A DNA stretch of 64,000 nucleotides, taken from Lingula anatina. Its lineage: Eukaryota > Animalia > Brachiopoda. The DNA is taken from the NCBI GenBank assembly GCA_051362555.1, contig CM120642.1, forward strand, positions 3,224,001 through 3,288,000, in the 5' to 3' direction. The position numbers were made by a program, and so were the translations under genes. The notes beneath the pieces were generated by a model that saw only the letters and a list, made by a program, of their open reading frames with translations, was not told where the DNA came from and made no database searches. Positions 27,101 through 37,328 of this stretch are shown in pieces (the stretch's first letter is position 1; every line of letters starts with the position of its first letter).

Positions 27101-30100
27101 CAATAGAAAAGAGAAGAGTCAGATGGTAAATTGCCAGGTTCACCTGTGTGTTCTAATTTGAGTAGAGTTGCTGCAAATTTCCGTTGGTAGTTTTGGTGAG
27201 CGAATACATCAAATACAGAGCACTGGAGTAATGTTAGGGAACACTTAACATGTCATGTAAGGAGGCCAACTTAAAAATTTCCCAGAACAGTCTTTTTTTA
27301 AGAGCTCATGAATCAACTCACATTTGTAAACAAGTACATGCCTTTTTCCATGCAGTACAAAAAATGCAATAAAAAGCAAAAAAAAAAAAAAAGGTGAATA
27401 TTGATATGGTGCCTTACATGTATTTATGTCTAATATGAACGTCCACGACCATGAATATTTTGAATAGACTCAAGGCCCTTGAAGATAGTGTCAGCATCTG
27501 CTGTTCTAATTATAACATCATCATGCATATAATTATTGTAACTTGAAATCTAAATACCTAGTTGTTTTTTTTTTTTTTTAATTTAAATTTCTTCTGAAAA
27601 ATAAAAGCAGGGTATTTTTTTTTCATTTAGTGTCTTCTATTGTCCAAAACCAGAATAGTTGGAAGGATTTATATTAGGAGAAATGGGAGAGTTTGTAAAT
27701 CAAAATAAGATATCAACAACCATCAGTTTTTGCATTCCAACACAGACAACTGACACCCATTATGATACCCCTGCCCTGAATCTACAGACCAAAGATAAAG
27801 GCATCATCTTACTAGGAGGTAGTTGCTTTGGAGAAGCATGTGTGAGGCCTAATGTGTGCTAATAAGCTTCTCATCACATAAGAGTAAATCTGTGAAATGA
27901 GGTGTACCAGTTGACAAGATGAGCCGTGAAATGAGAGGTAATCATTCTTGGCAGTGGGGTCTACAGAACTGTGTCAGACCAAGAGCTTTCATATAAATTA
28001 ACAAAATATTGCAATTAGAAATTCATGCATATGGTAACTCAAACACTTAATCTGTGGTTAACAGTTATGTGAGCCCATCTTGAAAAAATGAGGCATGATT
28101 GAAATTACCACATTTGCCCGTACATTGAATTATATTTGTTTTCATTTGAATTATTGAATGTATTTACCACATGTCAATGATTATTTCCACAAATTGGTAT
28201 CTAAATTGTCTTTTGTCTTTTAAAAGTAAAATGTCATTTTTCCCTCATATAATTTAAGAAGGGAGTAGATCCATATGCCATAAAGCAATGATCCATGAAC
28301 AAATGTTCATCATCAGACAGTCCATGCTTATAGTTAAACATCCATGTTAGCATTAATAGCTGTATCTAATGATGCTGAAAGGCCTTAAAGCCAACACACC
28401 AGGGAAATTTGAATGGTAACTGGATTAATAATCAGTTCATACTTGTCAGCGTTCGTTTGGACATGACCTACGAGGAAAAGAAGTCGAGCCCGAGTCAAGT
28501 TTATTAGCTTTTGTTACGAGATACACTTTCTCATTAGATAAGCGGCAAGGTTCGTGGGCAGTTAAACATGACTAGGATTATTGATTTGTTTCACAGAGGG
28601 AAGACTCCGTAGGTCTTGCAATAATCAGATCAGTTAATTTGTGGTCAATTTCACTTCGGAAGTAATTTCTGAAGTATCCTTCCAAATTAACAGAGCATAT
28701 GAAATTTATGTGGAATAAAGTGGTGGTAAAGCCGCCGCATGAAAAAATGCATGAGTTTGATGCTGTGTTAATTTTATTGATTTCTTTAAAGCTGTATAAA
28801 TTTGAGTTTGATTTAAAAACAACCAATTTCTTGATTTACAAGAGAATAAAAAAGTGAAAGCTGTAGCAAAGATGCTGCACTGACCATGATACAAGACAAT
28901 TTATGATGCTTAATAATCATAATAGTCTTTATGAAGAAGATAATGATAAGAGAAGACAGCTCACCTCCTCAAATTGTATTATACAATAATACCTGATTGA
29001 TAACATGTGGCTAATGGAGCAGTAATAAGCATATAATCACTACAATGACTGCTCCCTGAATACACCTGGTATCCTGGGCCCCGTATCTCGAAAGTACCAC
29101 GTATTGCGAATCGCTATATCAAAAAGAGGCTATAGTGTATTATATGGGACGAGTATGGGCGAGTTATGGAATCGAGACGCTTACGCATTTGCGCAACATA
29201 GCGAAGCTTTCGAGATACGGAGCCCTAGTCTCACTCTTCCATGTCTTTATTTTCATATCTAGGTAAAATGATTTTTTGCCTGATCAGAATGTGAAAAAAA
29301 TATTAGTCAAAAAATTAATACCATTCGTTTCTAAGAAACTATTTAGAGAACAATTGTATTAGATTAATTTTAAAATATTATGCACACCCATATTCAGAAC
29401 AGTGGACTGAAACCCTTTCTTTTGTGGTAATATTGGTTTGAAAAACGTAATATTATTTGCCTTATTCACTTCCATTCCATGCACTATGACTTTCTGGTCA
29501 AACACATAATCAGAGTTGCCAGTTCTACACAATTACTCATAATTTACTTATTATTTAGGATAGATTCCCATTGTTTACAGGTGTTATTTTATTGTTCATA
29601 AAGCCTTGGAGATTATTTCTACACAATTTAACTTGTGTCATGTTGGCAACTCTGCCCAAGATGCTCAAAAGGAGCCATTCACCATATCATGTGCCATTGG
29701 GGAAACAATAAGCTCAGTAACTGGAACGCTTACATTTTATCTCTCCAAACTTCTCCCTTTCTCATGACTCACATGCTATTATTTCATACTTTGTATGTTC
29801 TATGATGATTAGTCTTCGTTTTCTCTGCCTATGGCCTGTTCAGGCAGCCTGCTGACGGGGATGTTCAGGACAACCTGGGCCAGTTTGCTGGCAGTGGTTT
29901 GTGGGAGCTCGCGGAGGGGGCAGGGTAGGTAGGGAGGATCAGGAGGCCCTGTTCACATAGAGCAGTACAAATAAGCCACACAGAACCTAAAATGTGATAT
30001 CTCACATTGTAACGGTACAGACTGTATCATCAAAGTATACCAGTCAATGTTAATGATTTTCATTTATTTTGCAGTGCTTGATAGGCCAGAGGAAACCGTG

Positions 30101-33100
30101 CTGTTTGAAAATGGCAACATCCCAGCACCAAAATTTGAACCTGCCTTCTGTGTTCTTCTCCAGGAGCAACATAACCTTACTATGCACAGGACAGAGAAGG
30201 TGAGTGCAATTTTTATTTTTTATATTTTTTATTTTATTTATTGCTTCATTAAAGCTTTGTTACAATGTTACCATTTCATTTACACTGAGTCAAAAAAAAA
30301 TGCATGCCAGAGCATATGAGTCTGCTTAAGATTTTGTCTTTTTCGGGTGAAATTCATCAAAAACTTTAATAGCTTCACCAGGCAGCAGTTGTTCTGCAGG
30401 GATCCTTCTCTGATTGGTCTCTTTTCTAAGGTCGTCTGCCACGGCTTTCACATCTACACATCCCGCTTCATCCTCAAAGTGGGGAGAAATATCATCCGCT
30501 GTGGTCCCATAGTAAATTTTAACTATTCTGTAAAATGGCACATTTCTAATATGAACATCTTTTAAACATTTATGTTGCCATGAAAACACAATTAATATAA
30601 AAGAAAAAAGCCATTGAATAACATCCATAATTGTTCTGACAAATGAAAATGACAGTGATCAGCTTTTTACACTGAGTCTACTTATTGTGGTTGTTTGTCT
30701 AATTTTAGCAGTCTTAGCTTTGCCCAAAAACTTAATATTTCAATATTTCAAAAAAAAAAAAATGTCCCCTCTGACTTGCCATACCCAGCATACTGTATCA
30801 CAGCAGCACACATGATACATGGCTCACAGTTCGTGTAAATCTCGGCTCCCGTGAGATGTAGCGTCTTTAGTGCCGAGCACGTGTTACGAATGGCCTCCAC
30901 TTCTCCGTGTGCAGTGGGATCATGGCGTACTTTGATGTGATTCCAGCCTTCTCCTGCAAGAGATGGAAGATGTTTAGTTTGAACACTGGAATTAGATTTT
31001 GTACAAAAATAACTAGCATGAATAGAATAACATCCAGAGGTAGACATGGATTTTAGAACCCTTTATTGATAATCTCAATGTAACAGGTAAAAGTGTTAAA
31101 AGGGGAGGGGGGGCTAGAAAATATTTTTGTAGAAATTGGCCAAATGTAGCCCAAGGAGATAATGTGTGTCTGCTGGTCCTCAGGTGTGCTGGGATATATT
31201 TTGCCCTCAGTCCCACATGTCCTGCTCTTGCCCAGGTGTCATGGACCAAAGCCTGCTTCATGTGGTAAGCTTAGGCTGCTAAAATTGCATAGTCAGCAGG
31301 GGCGGATTTAGGCCGTCTTCTGGGTCTTCCGGAAGACGGTCAGATTTTCAAGTTTACATTGACGGTATCTATTTTTTTCTGATGGAAGATGGTCAAAATT
31401 GGAGGATGGATCAACAAAGATAATTTGGAAGACTGTCAGAAAATATCTTTGGATCCGCCCCTGGTCAGCTTCATTATAAATAATCACATTCTTTTACTAG
31501 TGGTGATAGGGGCAATGGTAGGACGTGCAGTAAGGGGGTACACCTGACTGATCAGGGGCTTATTTTTCATACTCAAACCCACAATGATAGATCCCTTACA
31601 GCAATATTCCAATACAGCACAAGCAAAAAACAACAATCACAACGACTTTCTTTCCTGTATTTGTTGACAGCTTATTTTTATTTGCCATATTTGCATTAGT
31701 CATTTTCTTTCTCTTATGTAAGATGATATGCAGAAACTACAACCAACAATATATACATATAACACAATAAGCTGAAGATATAATTCTAATGATTCATTGC
31801 ACCCTACCTATAATCTTGTAATCTCTCACAATGACACTTCCAAAAGCCTCACCATCTCCAGTGGCTGCTGCTCTTCTGCTGAGTTCTATAGCCCTCCTCA
31901 TGAAATGCAGCTTTAGGGCCTCTTCTGTGGCCATTTTATAAATTTACAGAACAAGTGGTCATCATTGCTCGTCTAAGTTAATAGTGACTGGGAAGTGACT
32001 GGGTGGCAGATATTATCACTGTACAAACAATTGTTGATTGACCTAAATGACTATTTGGGTCATTGGTTTGATCTCCTGTCATCTGTTTTGGGAAATTATG
32101 CTATCGTTTTAATGTTCTAAATTATAAAATTCAGTGAGAACATCTGTGAGTATTTGCTAGCCCTCTAACCTAAGAAATTTGATGTGCTTGTACCATAACA
32201 TGGCTTTATAAATGATCACAGACTAAATTCATTCAGTCTAATAACTTTATTCTGTAAGTACAGAAAGCTACAGAAAGGTAGTGGTTTTTCAAGTAACTAA
32301 ATAAATGGTTAGTGTGTGTATGCGCACGTGCACATGTGTGTGTGTGTGTGTGTGTGTGTGCATGCACACAATTTCTCATTGTTTTCCTTGGTGCCATTCT
32401 TCAAAAACTTTCTGAGCTTCTCCTGATAGTAGGCTTTGTGCAGGAATTTTGCGCTGGTCAGTTGGATTTTTCAGGTCTTCCTCAATGGTCTTTAGCGGGT
32501 GACCCAATATGGAGTAGACCACACACTTGGATACGCCGTAGTAAACCTTTGAAGCTCTGAAATGTAAAGCAAGTAATAAAAAGTAAATAATTGGTACTTT
32601 AATTTTTGGTTAAAGTTGTTTTATTTTAGTCAAAAGTTCTTGGAAATGAATGCTTCTTTTTTAACATTTGACTTTTTACTTATTTACCTCCACCCCCTCC
32701 TGCCCCCCCCCTCCCCCTCCCCCGTGTTTTCATGCTTGATACTACTCTTCTCATTTAATAGTGGTTACTGAATGTCATGGAAAACTTTAAGTGAGAATTT
32801 CAAAAGTTTGTAAAATATTTCATAAATTGGAAATTAATTTTTTTGTTTTTGATTTTAGGAAATAAAATGAATTATAAATTGGAAAAACCACGTTTTCTTT
32901 ACCCAATGATATGTATCGCAGCTGCACACATAAGACATGGTTCACAACTACAGTATATCTCAGTGCCCTCTAGTGACAAAGTCTTCATGGCACGACATGC
33001 GTTACGTATGGCATCGATTTCACCATGAGCTGTAGGGTCGTACTGGGATTTTGTATGGTTCCAACCCTCACCTACAAAATGAAATGGAATACTTAGCGAA

Positions 33101-36100
33101 AATGATGTTTGGTTGTATTATGGCTAGAATCACTGTTCAGCAGTCTGTATGGTTCCACCCCTATGATAAAAAATACTCAGCAAAAATGATGTTTTGTTAT
33201 ATTATGGCTGGGATTGGTGTGGGGCAATCTGATCAGTTTCATTTTACCCTGAAATTTAAAGTACACCTTTAGGACATGAACATAAGTCCCATTCCCAGCA
33301 TACCCAAGGTATGAACTCTGCAAAGATTATGCAAGATACCCAACTCACAGTCATTCGTAGATTTTTGTTGCACTCTTTGTCATATCTTTTATCTGGCTTT
33401 TCTTGACAATAATACTACTTTAAGGAGAACAGTGTGTAATACCTCACAGGGTGTATTAACGATCTTCATATATATTTTTTTTCTCTGCCTTCTGTCTTAC
33501 CTGTAATCTGGCTACCCTGGACAATAATACAACCGTAATGAGAACAGTGTGTAATACCCCACACAGCGTATTAAAGAAAACCTTCATATATATTTTTCTT
33601 TTTTTCTCTGCCTTCTGTCTTACCTATAATCTGGTTGTCCTTGACAATAACACATCCGAAGGGGGCCCCATCCCCAACTTTTACTGCATGTCGGCTAAGC
33701 TCTATGGCTCGTTTCATAAAGTGAATCTTAGATTCTTCTCCTTGACCCTCCATTTTCTATAAACAAAATGTCACAGGTGACCTGTTCCGCTATGTGACTT
33801 TACACTGCTGGGGGTGACAAGTGACTGTCACATAAGTTTAGTACTTGTCAAGTGCCATGTTGGCCTCGACCTGATCATGCGATGTGCAATGCATAACAGT
33901 GAAACCCATTACCAGGGATCAAACTCTTAGTATGTGTAGTTTGTTGAAGATTTTCTTTAATAATATTTTTAAAAATACACACTTTAGCAAAAATGATGTT
34001 TGGTTGAGTCAGTGTTCAACAACATGATCAGTTAGTGGGATTTTGTGTGGTTCCACTCCTCACCTACAAATGAGAATTGATGATGAACAATACTTAGCAA
34101 AAATGATGTTTGGTCGTATTATGGCTGGAATTGGTGTTGGGCAATCTGATCAGTTTCACTTTACCCTGAAATTCTTAAGTACACCATGAGGACATGAACA
34201 TAAGTCCCATGCCCAGGGTATGAACACTGCAAATATTATGCATGATACCCAACTTACAGTCAATCATAGATTTTTGTTGTGCTCTGTGTCATATCTTTTA
34301 TGTGGTTTTTTTTGACAGCAATACAACCATAAGGAGAACAGTGTGTAATACTCTAAAAATGTATAAAGGACCTTCATTAATATATATATATATTTTTTTT
34401 TGCTATGCTTTCTGATTTATCTATAATGTGGTTCTCCTTGACATTGTAAGGAGAACAGTGACTGTGTAAGTATATCAGTGACTGTGTAAGTATATCAAAG
34501 AAAGCCTTCATGTATATTGTTTTCTTTTTTACTCTGCTTTCTGTCTTACATATAATCTGGTTGTCTTTGGCAATAACGCATCCGAAGGGGGCCCCATCCC
34601 CAACTTTTACTGCATGTCTACTGAGCTCTATGGCTCGTGTCATAAAGTGATTCTTAGATTGGTGATTGGGGGATTGATTGATTGGTTGATTTGGTTAATG
34701 ATTTTTAATGAATTGTTATTTCGTAATATTTTAGTTATTTTAATTATTATGTTTGGAGGGAAAATAATTGTTCCTGTTTAGTTTTGTATTTACATACAAA
34801 GTTTTATTTAAGTCACTCTTGATATTTTTCCCGTGTAATGGTAAACATGAAAACTTTTATAAGTGTTCAGCATTGTGGAAGAGAAAAAAAAAACAAATGT
34901 TCTAAATTATAATTTAGTTAGAACATCTGTGAATATTTGCAAGCCCTCTAAGTTTGATTTGCTTGTACCTTAACTTGGTTTTATAAATTATCACATACTA
35001 GATTCATTCATTCTTAGTACTTTACTCTGTAAGTACAGAACAGTACAGAAAGGTAGTGATTTTTCAAGTGACTAAATAAATGGTTATTGTCAGGGACACA
35101 GTTTCTCAATGTTTTCCTTGGTGCCATTCTTCAACAACTTTCTGAGCTTCTCCTGATAGTAGGCTTTGTGCAGGAATTTTGCGCTGGTCAGTTGGATTTT
35201 TCAGGTCTTCCTCAATGGCCTCTAGGGGGTGACCCAATATGGAGTAGACCACACTCTTGGATACGCCATAATAAACCTTGGAAACCCTGAAATGTACACC
35301 AAGTAATAAAAAGTAAATAATAGGTGTTTTTTCTAGTGAAAGTTGTTTTATTTTAGTCAAAAGTTCGTGGAAATGAATGCTTCTTTTTTTAACATTTGGC
35401 TTTTTACTTATTTGCCTCCACCCGCTCCTGCCCCCCCCCCCCCCTCCTCCCCTAGTTACTGAATTTCAAGGAAAACTTCAAGTGAGAATTTCAAAAGTTT
35501 GTAAAATCTTTCATTGGGAGAAATTAATATTTTTTTTTTGTTTTTGATATTAGGAAATAAAAATGAATTATGAATTGGAAAAATTATGTTTTCTTTACCC
35601 AATGATATGTAACGCAGCTGCACACATAAGACATGGTTCACAACTACTGTATGTCTCAGCTCCCTCTAGTGACAAAGTCTTCATGGCACGACATGTGTTA
35701 CGTATGGCGTTTATTTCACCATGAGCTGTAGGGTCATATTGGGATTTAGTATGGTTCCACCCCTCCCCTACAAATCAGAATTGATGATGAACAGTTCTCG
35801 GCAAAAATGATGTTTGGTTGAATCAATGTTCCACAATCTGATCAGTAGTGGGATTTTTTATGGTTCCACTCCTCACTTACAAATAAGAATTGATGATGAA
35901 CAATACTCAGCAAAAAATATGTTTGGTTAAATTATGGCTGGGATTGGTGGTTGGCAATCTGATCAGTTTCACTTTACCCTAAAATTTTAAGTACACCTTT
36001 AGGACATGAACAGAAGTCCCATACTAGCATACCCAAGGTAAGAACACTGCAAAGATTATGCATGATACCCAACTAACAGTCAATCATAGATTTTTGTTGC

Positions 36101-37281
36101 ACTCTTTGTCATATCTTTTATCTGGCTTTTCTTGACAATAATATAACCGTAAGAAAAACAGTGTGTAATACCCCACAAAGTGTATTAAAGAAAAGGTTTA
36201 ACCTTCATATATATTTTTCTTTTTTTTGCAGTTCTAGTTATCTTACCTATAATCTGGTTGTCCTTGACAATAACACATGCGAATGGGGCCCCATCCCCAA
36301 CTTTTACTGCATGTCGGCTAAGCTCTATGGCTCGTTTCATAAAGTGATTCTTAGATTCTTCTCCTTGGGTCTCCATTTTCTATGAACAAAATGTCACTGA
36401 TGGCCTATTCTGCTACGTGACTTTATGTGGCTGGGGGTGACAAGTGACTGTCACATAAGTTTAGGACTTGTCAATTGCCACGTTGGCCTCGACCTGATCA
36501 TGTGATATGCAATGCATAACAACAAAATCTGTTACCATGAATCAAACTCCTAATATGTGTGGCTTGTTGAAGACTTTCTTTAATAATGTTTTTAAAATTG
36601 CACAATAGGTTTAATATTTGCAATAGTAAAATGTTGAAATTATTTGGGCACATTGGGAATCAGTCACCCTCAGTGTAGATATTGTGTCAAGGATATGACA
36701 TCTTCCTTATATAACAGATACAATCCCCTATTAGGTATTACATATATTATGAAATGAATGAATATTGTATTACTTTGGAATATGTAGATCAAATTCTGTC
36801 ATAGAAAACCTAAGATATGCTCTTTTTGCCTCTTATTGAAGATTTTAGAGAAAAGAACTGATTTAGAAATGTAAAATCTAAAAGTTTTTGATGCTTTCTG
36901 CTAATGTCTCCCAGAAATTCTTGTCAAAATGATGTAGTAATTATCCATGTAATGATTCATTGTCAGGGAAACTGGACTAAGCTATCCAATTTATATACAT
37001 GGAATGAAGGACAGAATTAACAAAGACAGATAAAAGTGCTTTATCTTTCAATATTGACATTGTTCATTAACTGCAAGTACATTTTTCATCAAAAAGACTA
37101 AAGTTATATAATCATTTGATTGTCAAGTATCTTATTCTGAGCCATCAATTTATCTTCTTATCAGCTTTGCAATTTATATAATTTATATTTCACAAGTCCG
37201 GCCGCTACAAATAGTCTTCAGATGAATTCTGGGTAAAAGACTGAAGTTCTGGGTCAGAAGATACTGAAAGTGACTTTGTGC

Positions 37282-37328
<47 letters not shown>

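Noticed and set aside
28385-28880. CpG-enriched block starting TTAAAG, a possible Kolobok/Crypton element or promoter
   Set aside because: I could not find a matching second terminus, TSD or convincing exon.
32312-35290. Paired plus-strand ORFs 32312-32560 and 35087-35290 with similar proteins (also 33538-33762, 36161-36385 and 30347-30565)
   Set aside because: They are antisense shadows of the duplicated deaminase exons.
30326-36376. Assigning the deaminases as ADAT2/TadA or AID/APOBEC
   Set aside because: They lack the TadA/ADAT2 EVPVG-type motif and the APOBEC SWSPC motif. The PFG/DPTAH/CEPC pattern and the C-terminal R.IP region fit the GuaD/GSDA clade better.
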